NCBI GenBank assembly: GCA_963817915.1 | Contig: CAWFQL010000012.1 | Coordinates: 416,001 to 480,000 of the forward strand | DNA: 64,000 nucleotides | Direction of reading: 5' to 3' | Source of the DNA: an uncultured candidate division Zixibacteria bacterium | GTDB taxonomy: Bacteria; Zixibacteria; MSB-5A5; UBA10806 | Shown here: in pieces, positions 41,221 through 51,438 of the stretch | Numbering within the stretch: position 1 is the stretch's first letter | How the letters are laid out: the number at the start of each line of letters is the position of its first letter | The notes under the pieces: generated by a model | What the model was told of the DNA's origin: nothing | Databases searched by the model: none | The model's input: the letters and a program-made list of their open reading frames with translations, nothing else | Position numbers and translations under genes: made by a program

Positions 41221-42108
41221 GTGATAATGACAGAAAAGATTAATTCCAAATTCGAACGATATTTTGAAAATGCGAATCTTCCCAACGCAAATGTCACGGA
41301 GGAACAGGGGTACTTTTCGCGGGAAGACAAGCATCTATATTATTTTTTGTGTGCCCCTAAAAGTCCTTCGAATATCGGCATGGTACTCTGTAGCCCATTC
41401 GGTGAGGAGAAAGTACGAACGATAAGGATTTTTATGTCGTTCGCGCGTATCATGGCGGCGCTGGGTATCACGACTATGTGTTTTGACTACTACGGCGATG
41501 GCGACAGCGAGGGGAATTTCGAGGATGCTACTTATGATGATAGAATAAGGGATATTCATGCTGCTATCGATTTTCTAAAAATTAAGAAATCAATCAAGAA
41601 AACCGGTCTGTTAGGCTTGCGTTGGGGCGGTACCCTTGCTGCCTTAGCTGCAGAGGATATCAAGCCAGATTTTCTTGTTTTGTGGGATCCTATTGTAGAC
41701 ACTGCCAAGTATTTTTTCAATGCGCTTAGATTAAATATCGCGTCTCAGACCCTGATTTGGGGTAAAGTGAAAAAAAATCGGGAAGCGCTAATTAAAGATA
41801 TGGAAGCCGGCGAAAATGTGATAATTGAAGGCTATCCACTAACTGGAAATCTTTACAACAACGCTATCAAGAATGATTTGAAGAAGCAGAATTTTAAATT
41901 TAGCGGCAAGGCTTTAATAATCCAAATTTCAAAAAGCTCTGGCGAAATAAAGCAGGAGATAGCAGACTTGGGCAGGGCTTACAGCTATTCCGAAATTCAT
42001 GCCGTTGACAAGGAATTCGAATGGGACAAAAGTATAATCTGGGAGCCTTCGCCGCCCCAGCTTTTTGACACAACCATAACTTTTTTGGAAAAAAATGGAT
42101 TTGTTTAG
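41221..42108 (+). CDS. Alpha/beta hydrolase, similar to exosortase-A-associated hydrolase 2
   Basis: PFGEE, FDYYGDGDSEG, GLRWGG elbow. Confidence 0.75.
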   Translation: MIMTEKINSKFERYFENANLPNANVTEEQGYFSREDKHLYYFLCAPKSPSNIGMVLCSPFGEEKVRTIRIFMSFARIMAALGITTMCFDYYGDGDSEGNFEDATYDDRIRDIHAAIDFLKIKKSIKKTGLLGLRWGGTLAALAAEDIKPDFLVLWDPIVDTAKYFFNALRLNIASQTLIWGKVKKNREALIKDMEAGENVIIEGYPLTGNLYNNAIKNDLKKQNFKFSGKALIIQISKSSGEIKQEIADLGRAYSYSEIHAVDKEFEWDKSIIWEPSPPQLFDTTITFLEKNGFV

Positions 42109-43048
42109 AGAAGAAGCCTTTAGTATTAAGAAGGATAATCAACAAACTCTTTACGGCATTATCCATAATCCAGTGAAACCCAACGGTTCATTGGTGATAT
42201 TGCTTAATATCGGGATGCAATTTCGAGTATGCCATTCACGGTTATTTGTTCTGCATGCCCGCTTTTTACAAGAGGCGGGATATACGGTTGTGAGAATTGA
42301 TACGACCGGGGTTGGTTACAGTCAGGGAGAGCATCAAATTGAACGCTCGGTTGATTTATTTGACTCAATTCAAACAGGTTTTTTCAAAAACGATGTTCTG
42401 GAAATAGTAAAATATTTCAAGCAAAAGCTGAATCCTGCGAAAATATTTCTTGTTGGCCTCTGCGGTGGAGCGTTATCGGCGATTTTCTCAGCCATCGAAG
42501 ACGAAAGTATCAACGGCATTATATTTACTGCGGGGCCCATAACATTGACATCAGCCGAATTCTCATTATCAGCCTTACATCCATTTGAGGCCGAGCAAAT
42601 GATGAAGGGATATCTCGGTAAAATAGCAAATCCAAAGGCCTGGGGCAGATTTTTTTCCGGAAAAACTTCTTATAAGGATATTTATTACTCGATCAAAGTC
42701 AGATTGACCGGTAAATCGGTCGTCAGCCGTCAGGATTCCGATGATGGTATTGCTGCTACGAATAGTTCAGAGGAGTTTAAGGGTGAAATTTTCAATCAGG
42801 CGTTTTTTGAAGCATTTAAGTCGCTCATGAAATTCCGCAGACCAATTCTATTCATAATGCCTCAGTTAGATCGCACCACTTATGATTTTGATAAGATATT
42901 CCTGCCCATGCTTGTTAATTTTAAAGCCGAACAGGCGTTTTATAGTGTTGCACGCATTGAGAAGGCCGACCATACTTTCACTCAACCAGAATCCGTCAGG
43001 GAAATGTTCAATATCACTCTTGACTGGCTAAATAAAAATATAAAGTAA
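42095..43048 (+). CDS. Alpha/beta hydrolase, similar to exosortase-A-associated hydrolase 1
   Basis: FRVCHSRLFV, GVGYSQG, GLCGGA elbow, ADHTF. Confidence 0.75.
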   Translation: MDLFREEAFSIKKDNQQTLYGIIHNPVKPNGSLVILLNIGMQFRVCHSRLFVLHARFLQEAGYTVVRIDTTGVGYSQGEHQIERSVDLFDSIQTGFFKNDVLEIVKYFKQKLNPAKIFLVGLCGGALSAIFSAIEDESINGIIFTAGPITLTSAEFSLSALHPFEAEQMMKGYLGKIANPKAWGRFFSGKTSYKDIYYSIKVRLTGKSVVSRQDSDDGIAATNSSEEFKGEIFNQAFFEAFKSLMKFRRPILFIMPQLDRTTYDFDKIFLPMLVNFKAEQAFYSVARIEKADHTFTQPESVREMFNITLDWLNKNIK

Positions 43049-43109
43049 TTATTGCCTTATAAAAATTAATCGTCAGCTTTGATGGAAATTATACTTATTC
43101 TAATTCGGA

Positions 43110-44108
43110 CTATATACCGAGTTTTGTCCTGAAGACTTCTATGCCTGATACATATTGCTTGAATTTCGTATAGTCGCTTGGAATCGGGTAGCGTCGCAAT
43201 GCAAATAGATTCGGGTTAGCAATTGTAAAATCAAAACCCTCCATACCGGTAACTGCCGCTATATACCCGGAGGTTTTCAATATCTCGATAGTCTCATTGT
43301 CGAAATCATCCTGTTGTCCGTTGGGATAACAAAAAATATCGGCTTTTGAACCCAAATGCTCTTCAATAATCCGTTTGGGTTCGACTAATTCTTCAACCTT
43401 TTGTTTTCTGGGAATTTTGGTGATTATTGGATGAGTAATCGTATGAGGATGGAAATCGATTTTTGATTTATGCATTTCGTCTATTTCATTCCACTTTAGC
43501 GGTTCGTATTTTCCCATCGGCTGGCCGGAGATATCAATTCCCATCACTTGCATCAGCTTATCAATCAGAGTCAATTTTTCTTCATTTTGAAGTTTTTTGC
43601 AGTAGCGAGTGACGGTCAACGCCAATCTGGCACGATTGCTGAAATCCAATAGCTGTTCTTTCCCCATGCCGCAGAAGCTGAGATCGACCTCGGTTAATCT
43701 GCACTGTTCAAACGCGAATTCGATCTTATCCCACCATAAAAACAGCCTTTTTTCAATAAAATCGCTCGTTAGAAATATTGTCGCGGGATAATCATATTTG
43801 CGAAATGTCGGGAAGGCGTTGAGATAGAAGTCGCGATATCCGTCATCAACAGTAAAGACAACCGACTTATAAGTATTCCGTTTTTCGATAATTGCCGCTA
43901 TATAATCTGATAGCGATAGTACCTTATAATTATTTCTCCTGAGAAAATCAAAGTACCGTTCCAGTAAATCGTTAGTGATCAGCCCATTGCTGCTATCTTT
44001 TTGGTGGATGCTATGGAGCATGAATACAGTTGCCGTGTTTTTAGTAAAGCCCGCGAAAAATGGATATAGGTTTAATGCGTCGGCGATCTTAAGAATGAGT
44101 TTTTTCAT
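43110..44108 (-). CDS. Polysaccharide deacetylase
   Basis: TVDDGY, HPHTITHP, CYPNG. Confidence 0.88.
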   Translation of the reverse strand: MKKLILKIADALNLYPFFAGFTKNTATVFMLHSIHQKDSSNGLITNDLLERYFDFLRRNNYKVLSLSDYIAAIIEKRNTYKSVVFTVDDGYRDFYLNAFPTFRKYDYPATIFLTSDFIEKRLFLWWDKIEFAFEQCRLTEVDLSFCGMGKEQLLDFSNRARLALTVTRYCKKLQNEEKLTLIDKLMQVMGIDISGQPMGKYEPLKWNEIDEMHKSKIDFHPHTITHPIITKIPRKQKVEELVEPKRIIEEHLGSKADIFCYPNGQQDDFDNETIEILKTSGYIAAVTGMEGFDFTIANPNLFALRRYPIPSDYTKFKQYVSGIEVFRTKLGI

Positions 44109-44145
44109 ATTGCCTTAATTTTTAATATCGAGAAATTTCGGAGCT

Positions 44146-44763
44146 CTATTTTGTTCTTACAAGGCATTCGCCGTCTTCCACCATAGCGGTATACCCTCCG
44201 ATGATATAGCCGTCGCATTTTAATAATCTGTCAAGCATCTCTCGTTTTTTTTCGGGGGTTATGTATTTCATATCGTACTCTTTATATGGGAATAGAGGCA
44301 GGTTTTTCATGGCATTCTTTTGTTTTTCGAGATATTCCTCCAATGTGCAAATAACCTTGGCAGGATTCCCCGCGGCGACCGAATGTGGCGGTATATCGGA
44401 AGAAACTACCGAATTTGCCCCCACGATGGACATAGGGCCGATTTCTACACCGGGCAGAATAACTGTTCTGGTTCCGAAATGGCATGATTCATGGATAATG
44501 ATTCTGCCAATTCTCGTGGCGTCGATATATTCATTCGGCATGGCGTCATGGGCCAGGATGACGCACAATTCTCCAAAACCGCAATTGTCTCCAATCGATA
44601 TCAGAAAGCAGTGAGGAGCATCGATCCATGTTGACATCGGCAGGTTGACGCCTTTGCCAATCTGCATGCCCATCTCGCGCAAATTTTCCCAACGGCGAAT
44701 TTTCCTTTGAGTTTCAAACTTTTCCTTTATATGTCCAGCAGTCCGATATATAAATGACAACAT
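44146..44763 (-). CDS. Hexapeptide-repeat acyltransferase
   Basis: ILAHDA, IVGANSVVSSDIP..AGNPA. Confidence 0.85.
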   Translation of the reverse strand: MLSFIYRTAGHIKEKFETQRKIRRWENLREMGMQIGKGVNLPMSTWIDAPHCFLISIGDNCGFGELCVILAHDAMPNEYIDATRIGRIIIHESCHFGTRTVILPGVEIGPMSIVGANSVVSSDIPPHSVAAGNPAKVICTLEEYLEKQKNAMKNLPLFPYKEYDMKYITPEKKREMLDRLLKCDGYIIGGYTAMVEDGECLVRTK

Positions 44764-45102
44764 TATATATACCTCCTATCATCACTATTAAGGCGAGGGC
44801 GATTCAACATCCGCGATCCCAATTAATCCAATTTCCTGGTAAATATCGGCCGCATCTTCAAGCCAACATAATCGTCCAAATTAGTATATATTCAATTTTC
44901 GAGGATTTCCACCAAAAATGGAGGCTAATATCTAATGTGGATATGTAGTATCTTGAAAAGCGTTATTTTCGATTAGTTTTTTTGTGCTTGAAAGAGCCCG
45001 AAATCAGAATTAGCTTGCGGATAAAATTATGCGTATTTAGTTTAATTATACTTGTAGCGTATTGGGATTACCTAATTACGCTTGCGTTTCCGGAGGCCTA
45101 AA

Positions 45103-46074
45103 ATGGCAAAACTCGCAGTGATTGTCGTTAGCTGGAATACGGAAGAATTAACCAGAAATTGTCTAAAATCCGTAGAAGCTGAACTTAATAATATAGACAG
45201 TGAAATCTGGGTGGTCGATAATGCTTCATCTGACCTCTCGGTTGAGATGATAAACAATGAATTTCCCCGTATCAAAATTATTGAAAATCGTGAGAATTTC
45301 GGATTTGCCCGCGCAAATAATCAGGCCCTGAAAGCCGCTGAGGCAGACTATTATCTATTGCTAAATTCCGATACTATTATTCCACAAAATTCCATCAAGA
45401 ATATGCTGAGTTTTCTTGATTCCAATCCTCAGGCCGCGGCTTGCGCCCCCAGGCTGATTAAGAAAAATGGCGAAGCCATCAATCCGATTCAATCATTACC
45501 GTCGATCTTCGGAGAAATCAGAAATTGTTTTAATTATCACTTCTTTCCAGTGGGCAATATCATGAGGAGGCTATTATCTTCCAATACTAAACTCAATAAA
45601 AACGATCAGCGTCCTATTCAAAAAGAAATATTATCCGCGGCATGTTTGATTATCAGAAGGGAAACTATCAAAAAAATCGGCTATTTAGGCGAAGAGTTTT
45701 TTCTTTTTTCAGAAGAAAACGACTATTTTACCCGTCTGAAAAATGCCAAACTCGATAGCTATTATTTACCTAATATTGATGTCATTCATTTAATAGGGAT
45801 GAGTAGAATGAACTTGAATCAATATGAATCGGATTACAATTTCTTTAAATCCAGAATATTATATTTCAAAAAATACTGCAGTTATAAATCGGGAATATTA
45901 AAGCTGGTTTATTGTTTCTTTTTTTATTGGTCCATAATGACATTGACACTTTGGAGAATCATCAAGAAAAAAAAGAATGAATGCGGAGAAAATCTATATA
46001 AAAGCTTGCTTAAAACATTGTATTTGCTCACTCTGATTACCGAAGCCTTTTCACCGGCCATGGAAGCCTTTTAG
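45103..46074 (+). CDS. Glycosyltransferase family 2
   Basis: IVVSWN, VDNASSD, NFGFARANN, LLNSD; GGAGG RBS before ATG 45103. Confidence 0.9.
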   Translation: MAKLAVIVVSWNTEELTRNCLKSVEAELNNIDSEIWVVDNASSDLSVEMINNEFPRIKIIENRENFGFARANNQALKAAEADYYLLLNSDTIIPQNSIKNMLSFLDSNPQAAACAPRLIKKNGEAINPIQSLPSIFGEIRNCFNYHFFPVGNIMRRLLSSNTKLNKNDQRPIQKEILSAACLIIRRETIKKIGYLGEEFFLFSEENDYFTRLKNAKLDSYYLPNIDVIHLIGMSRMNLNQYESDYNFFKSRILYFKKYCSYKSGILKLVYCFFFYWSIMTLTLWRIIKKKKNECGENLYKSLLKTLYLLTLITEAFSPAMEAF

Positions 46075-46308
46075 CCGTAATTATTAGTAGTATTCCGATC
46101 TGAATGCAGGTAAACGCTACGAAAAATAGTTACTGCGCGAATTATGAGCAATGCTCAGATTTCAATAAGCGACTTAAGCTTATATGCTGCATGGGAGAGC
46201 TGTTATGGGCATTATATACAGCCTTTCATTGTACATATGGGCTCTTGAATCGCCCGGAATGTCCGTGCTAAGCCGTTGTCTCACAATGCATTTTTGAATC
46301 ACATTAGA

Positions 46309-46324
46309 GGGCATGATTGTTGCA
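46309..46324 (+). promoter_or_regulatory. Putative sigma54 promoter
   Basis: GG-CATGATTGTT-GC(A), about 64 nt upstream of ATG 46388. Confidence 0.6.
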
Positions 46325-46387
46325 TTAAAGTCATTGTATAAGGATTCTTTCCGATATTAATTTTGAAGGACAATAAATGGAGGTTTT

Positions 46388-47503
46388 ATGAATAGATTTC
46401 TTTCATTCGCTTTAATAATCAGCCTTGTCATATTGGGAGCCAATCTCGGAGTTGCCGGCAATTTTTCGAATATCATGATGCTCCACCATTCTACCGGAAA
46501 TAATTTAATTAATCAAGGTGGAGTGCGTAGCCTGATCGCGGCCTACAACACCGCGCATGGCACAAACCTCGAGTTTTGGGACCACGGCTATAATGCAGAT
46601 GGCGTGCACAATCAGAGCGGTAGTTATTTTGCCAATTACAATATTCCCAATGATAATACCAACCCAGACGGTTTGTATGCATTGTTTATGTTGCCAATTA
46701 ATAATCCTCCTGATAATGCATTAAGCCGATTTCTCCTTGCGCATCCAATGGGGGTCGACACCGTTACCCATGATGTGTTTATTTTCAAATCCTGTTTTCC
46801 AGCCAGCGATATTTCGAGCGAGCAAATGCTGACTGATTACCAAAATTGGTATTTGGCTATGCGCACTATTATGGATGCCCATCCCGAGAAGATCTTTATC
46901 CCGTTTACTCCGCCGCCATTGGTCAGGAGCGCTACGACAACCGCAAATGCCGCACGCGCCCAGCGATTCGCCGATTGGCTGACGTCTTCGACGTACCTAT
47001 CCGGCCATCCCAATATTATTGTCTTTGATTTCAGACATTATTTAATGGAACATGACTCGACTTCAATTTATTACAATTGCCTGCGCGAAGTTTATGGTGG
47101 AGCTGGAAGCGATTCTCATCCCAATTTATTGGCCAATCAAACGGTTGCTCCGATATTTGTGACCTTTCTGACTGACGCAATCACTGCTTATCAGAATCTT
47201 CAGGGCCTTGACCCCGAAGATATTGGTTTGAGCATTCCGGGAAAATTGAGTATTCTGGGGAATTATCCTAACCCCTTTAATTCGTCTACCATAATTGAAT
47301 ACAGTCTGTCATCGGCAGGCGAAGTTACAATTGATATTTTTGATATTTTGGGGCGGAATTTAAAAAGCGTTCCAATCGGACTGCGGGAAGCGGGCCGATA
47401 TTCCTATAATTGGCAGGCCAATGGTTTGTCTTCGGGCACCTACATATTTAGGATAGGCGCCAATAATTCATTTGTCTCAAAAAAGATACTATATTTGAAA
47501 TAA
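46388..47503 (+). CDS. Secreted SGNH-like protein with T9SS-type C-terminal sorting domain
   Basis: Signal peptide; LHHSTG, FKSCFP, DSHPN; NYPNPFNSST..DILGR..SSGTYIF. Confidence 0.8.
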   Translation: MNRFLSFALIISLVILGANLGVAGNFSNIMMLHHSTGNNLINQGGVRSLIAAYNTAHGTNLEFWDHGYNADGVHNQSGSYFANYNIPNDNTNPDGLYALFMLPINNPPDNALSRFLLAHPMGVDTVTHDVFIFKSCFPASDISSEQMLTDYQNWYLAMRTIMDAHPEKIFIPFTPPPLVRSATTTANAARAQRFADWLTSSTYLSGHPNIIVFDFRHYLMEHDSTSIYYNCLREVYGGAGSDSHPNLLANQTVAPIFVTFLTDAITAYQNLQGLDPEDIGLSIPGKLSILGNYPNPFNSSTIIEYSLSSAGEVTIDIFDILGRNLKSVPIGLREAGRYSYNWQANGLSSGTYIFRIGANNSFVSKKILYLK

Positions 47504-47729
47504 ATTTGAATTTGCCCGAATTTATTATGGAGAAAATGAAAGCGTCCTATTAACTGTAGGGCGCTTTTTCTTTCAGCTAATTGAGATGAGTAGTAATCTA
47601 TCGAACGGCCATTATGGGAAATGGCGAATTCTATCTTCAATAACTTCGAAATATTCTGCTAGTGGAAGAATGAGCGATAACGCTAAGGCTTTTCCTTCGC
47701 TAAAGATTAAAGTATGGCAAATTATCTTA

Positions 47730-49082
47730 CTACTCCTTCTTTTCCCGCAAGCATTTTCTGATTGCCTGTATTGCACTTTCTCCAACTGCGCCCCACGCAG
47801 TCTCTCCTTTTTTGCTTAAGTCAAAATTTGGATCTTTTATGTGAATGGAGAATTTGGTTCCGGCGGATGTTGTAATTGTAAACTTTTCAATATCAATCAA
47901 TATTTTTTCGTCATGTATCGATCGCTGTTTCTCAAAATTTGTTGACGCTGAAACAATATCCTTATAAAAAAATTCATGTGTAGTCTCATCTGAGGCCTTG
48001 CCCGTAATTAGATCAAATGAGCACGAGTAGCATAGCAATTGATCTTGACCAAATGATATTACGGACAGTAGCAGGGGTGTAAATCTCCATTTCTTATCCC
48101 TGCCGAATTTTTGACGATATTGGGCATTGGTTCGATCCGCGATATAGGTCAATTCCGAACGAGCAACTATCTTGGCATGATCGAAAGAGAATTTATCCAT
48201 CGAAATGACATTGATCAGATTTTCTTTGTCTTCGGCCAGATACCAGTCCATTTCTCCGGTCGAGGGCATTTGCCATTGATGCCACGAGATTCCAAAGAGT
48301 CCCATGCAAATTACAATCGCCGCTGCGATTATGATTTCCTGTGAAATACTTAAACCCATAATTAATGCGATTGCGCCTACAAACAAACAGAGGCGAGCCC
48401 AATTTGGAGATTGATCAAAGTAATTCTTTATACGGAATCTCTTCGTTTCTTCATGAATGTTGTCCGGTTTATTCTTCCTGACTTTATCTTTTACGTACTT
48501 GTTTTGGAAATCCAAATGGCCAAGCATTTTTTCTATTTCGGCCTTATCCTGGTTTAATTTACTGACTTCAATCATAATACTACCGGGGCCCGGGGGAGGG
48601 ACAATGAGCCCATTGTCTTCATAATACCCCCATTTTATTATGGCGGATAAATGAAGATAATGTGCTTTAGAATTGTCAAGTTTGATTGCGGCGTTTAGAT
48701 GGCTTTCTATTTCCTGTACTTCTCGCTTTGTAATTGACTTTGGCCGTCGGCCTTTTAATAACGATAAGGCAAGATAATAACGCGCGTTTGCGTTCTTATA
48801 ATTCAGATTGACAACTTTCCTGAATCTATCAATTGCCTCATCGTATAGCCTAAGTTCGAGACAGCCCAATCCAATCGCATGATGGTATTCTTCATTATCC
48901 GGATTTGATTCGGATAAAATCTTAAGCTGATCTATATATGCCCGAGCATTGTCATTTTTAATTTTGTTGAAGTCGGCCAAATTCTTGATATAAAGCTTAT
49001 TTTGGCACTTGTCGCATTCGTCGAGAGGTTCATTTTTCGGGGGACCCGCAAGGCAATAAGGGCATTCAAATCTTATGGGCAT
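47730..49082 (-). CDS. Zn-ribbon + TPR + 2-TM protein with C-terminal soluble domain
   Basis: CPYC..CDKC; TPR-like helices (LRLYDEAIDRF, ARYYLALSLL); two hydrophobic segments. Confidence 0.7.
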   Translation of the reverse strand: MPIRFECPYCLAGPPKNEPLDECDKCQNKLYIKNLADFNKIKNDNARAYIDQLKILSESNPDNEEYHHAIGLGCLELRLYDEAIDRFRKVVNLNYKNANARYYLALSLLKGRRPKSITKREVQEIESHLNAAIKLDNSKAHYLHLSAIIKWGYYEDNGLIVPPPGPGSIMIEVSKLNQDKAEIEKMLGHLDFQNKYVKDKVRKNKPDNIHEETKRFRIKNYFDQSPNWARLCLFVGAIALIMGLSISQEIIIAAAIVICMGLFGISWHQWQMPSTGEMDWYLAEDKENLINVISMDKFSFDHAKIVARSELTYIADRTNAQYRQKFGRDKKWRFTPLLLSVISFGQDQLLCYSCSFDLITGKASDETTHEFFYKDIVSASTNFEKQRSIHDEKILIDIEKFTITTSAGTKFSIHIKDPNFDLSKKGETAWGAVGESAIQAIRKCLREKKE

Positions 49083-49173
49083 GATATTTTACCAGGATAA
49101 TCGAGTTTTCATTGATCCAGTTTCCAATTAGACCTCATAAATATAATGATATCAAAGCTTCGTTTTTTCTGTC

Positions 49174-49950
49174 TCATTGGATCGCAACCCGATTTGCGAT
49201 TGACCTTAGCCCGATAGCTCGCTGTCCCAAGAGAATCAAATCCGCCCTATTATCGATTCCTGATAAGTCCAAATTCGAAATGTCTGTGCAAAGAATTTTA
49301 ATATTATCAGCAAGCAATAGATATTCTTGATTGCCCTTAAAAGAACCAGCATGATTTATTGAATACTTAAATTTCTCTTTCAATAACTTTATTTCATTTC
49401 GAATCTTTTCTAATTCATCATGCGAATCCGAATATCCTTTTGCTTCAGATAAACGATCTTCTTGTGCTTGAAGCAATAAGCATAATTCTCTTGATGCGAT
49501 GACATTGTCTATGGCTTCCGGACCTATGCTTGACGCAGAATCGGCATGCATAAGAAATACGCATATTACAGTTGCCAAGACAAATGCAAGGATCTGGGCA
49601 ATTAAAAAATATCTACCTGAAATGAAAGTATCGGGCGTAAATGCCCCACCGACTGTCAGTAGAAATGATATGCCAATATAGCCAAGTATAATCATTCCGA
49701 GTGCCGGCAAGATCCCAGAAGATTCTGTCAACTTGATCTTTGATATAAATATTTTCTTTAGTAAACCGCCGATCACCCCCCATGCCAAGGCAGTCAGAAT
49801 CTCAATCCAAATTATCCTGAGCCAGAAATATGGAGATCGATTGTTCCCCGGGACTAGCAAAAGGGGTATTATTATTGCTGATACCGCTGTAATTATATAG
49901 CCGAATATCGAGATGGCGCCCATTCTTTTATTCTCGTTAAATCTATTCAT
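49174..49950 (-). CDS. Membrane protein (about 4 TM) with C-terminal helical domain
   Basis: Hydrophobic N-terminal half; operon position. Confidence 0.65.
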   Translation of the reverse strand: MNRFNENKRMGAISIFGYIITAVSAIIIPLLLVPGNNRSPYFWLRIIWIEILTALAWGVIGGLLKKIFISKIKLTESSGILPALGMIILGYIGISFLLTVGGAFTPDTFISGRYFLIAQILAFVLATVICVFLMHADSASSIGPEAIDNVIASRELCLLLQAQEDRLSEAKGYSDSHDELEKIRNEIKLLKEKFKYSINHAGSFKGNQEYLLLADNIKILCTDISNLDLSGIDNRADLILLGQRAIGLRSIANRVAIQ

Positions 49951-49958
49951 AAGGGCAG

Positions 49959-50981
49959 CTAAATCTTGTCTAATATATCCTTCTTTTTCATATCGTATTC
50001 TTCTTTGGAAATTAGCCCGGCATCAAGCATTTTCTTGATATCGTTCATTTTGGCGAAAGCGTCTCCGGGTATCGATTTGTTAACCTGACTTGAACCTTCC
50101 TCAGTCGAACCGGCAATATTCTGACCTATTCGCCTGCCAGCCTCGGCCCCAATACTTATACCCGCGCCGCCCAGCAGAAAAGCGTTTGCAATACCGCTAT
50201 CATTTTCAGCCGCCTTTTCGATAGAATCGAGTATTTTCATTGTAGTATAGGCGGAGCCCACTTTCGAATTGCTAATTAGATCTATTTCCATCTTTTTACC
50301 ATAAACTTCTTGGATTTTCGCCATCTCTTCTTGAGGAATTCTGATTGACTCAATATTAAAATTGGTTATCTCAATACCGAATCGATCAAATTCCTTGAAT
50401 AGATTATTCTCCATTTGTTTAGAGAGCTCATTCAATTTTGAATTTATATCAAATATTGAAACTTTATTTTCAACCATTATTTTTGACAGCATATCACCGA
50501 CTCGCTGAGCAATTTCGCCTGTAAAATATTTTACAATCTTCCGGGCATTAGTTATCCCTATTGTTCCGACGACCTGAGAATAAAAATTTCGAGAATCCTT
50601 GATCCTCAAACCCCAGTAGCCATTTGCGCCCAAATTTATGGGTACATTAATTTTGGGATCCATAAGCGGAATCAGCCCATTGGTCCCCCATCCTAGATCT
50701 CGCTTTGCCGTCTTATTGAAAAACCAAATTTCGGCGGTAAATGGAGTTTGATTGCCAAAGGCTAAATTTACAATCTTATTCAATAATGGAAAATTAGGAG
50801 TAACCAGCGTATGAGTCCCGGGGCCGTATAAATCAAGCGCCTGTCCGCCTTTGACTAAAATCGCTTCCTGGCTCTGATTCACTATTAATTGACTGCCTAT
50901 TTTAATCTCATCGCTTGGATATTTCCAGACTAAAATATCGTCAGATGAGGCATCGAATTTTATTCTATCAAGTGTATCCAT
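49959..50981 (-). CDS. SPFH/band-7 domain protein (YdjI-like) with C-terminal SHOCT-like motif
   Basis: LVWKYP..GSQLIVNQSQEA..GPGTHTL..TPFTAEIWF; LDAGLISKEEYDMKKKDIL. Confidence 0.82.
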   Translation of the reverse strand: MDTLDRIKFDASSDDILVWKYPSDEIKIGSQLIVNQSQEAILVKGGQALDLYGPGTHTLVTPNFPLLNKIVNLAFGNQTPFTAEIWFFNKTAKRDLGWGTNGLIPLMDPKINVPINLGANGYWGLRIKDSRNFYSQVVGTIGITNARKIVKYFTGEIAQRVGDMLSKIMVENKVSIFDINSKLNELSKQMENNLFKEFDRFGIEITNFNIESIRIPQEEMAKIQEVYGKKMEIDLISNSKVGSAYTTMKILDSIEKAAENDSGIANAFLLGGAGISIGAEAGRRIGQNIAGSTEEGSSQVNKSIPGDAFAKMNDIKKMLDAGLISKEEYDMKKKDILDKI

Positions 50982-51438
50982 TTTTTTCTCCAGGATTAAT
51001 TTTATGCCACTCTTTTTGATAAATGCTACAGCCAGGAAGACGATCTAATATTAGTGTAAAATCCGTTTTGAATTTTTACGAGTTTTAATTGTCGAATTAA
51101 ATCGAAAGCGATTCTTCGGCAGATTTCGTCCGGCATGAGTATTATTAGAACCATGCACGCGCTCCTTAAATACTATCATCAGCGTTTCTGGGGAAAACGC
51201 ATAACGACTAATATTTAATTATAGAGTCGAAGCTCTAATTTGTCAAATTATAAAAAGCAAATGATCGATGCAGAAATAATGATTTCAAAACCTGATAACG
51301 GTGCATTAATCGCGTTACCGGCATGATATCGCAGGAACATTTTAGCAGAAAAAAGGTTAAGTTTATCCAATGGGCAATTGACCATCCCATGGCAAATGCC
51401 CGCGTGGCAATTGATAAATATCAATAAGGAGCGGCAAC

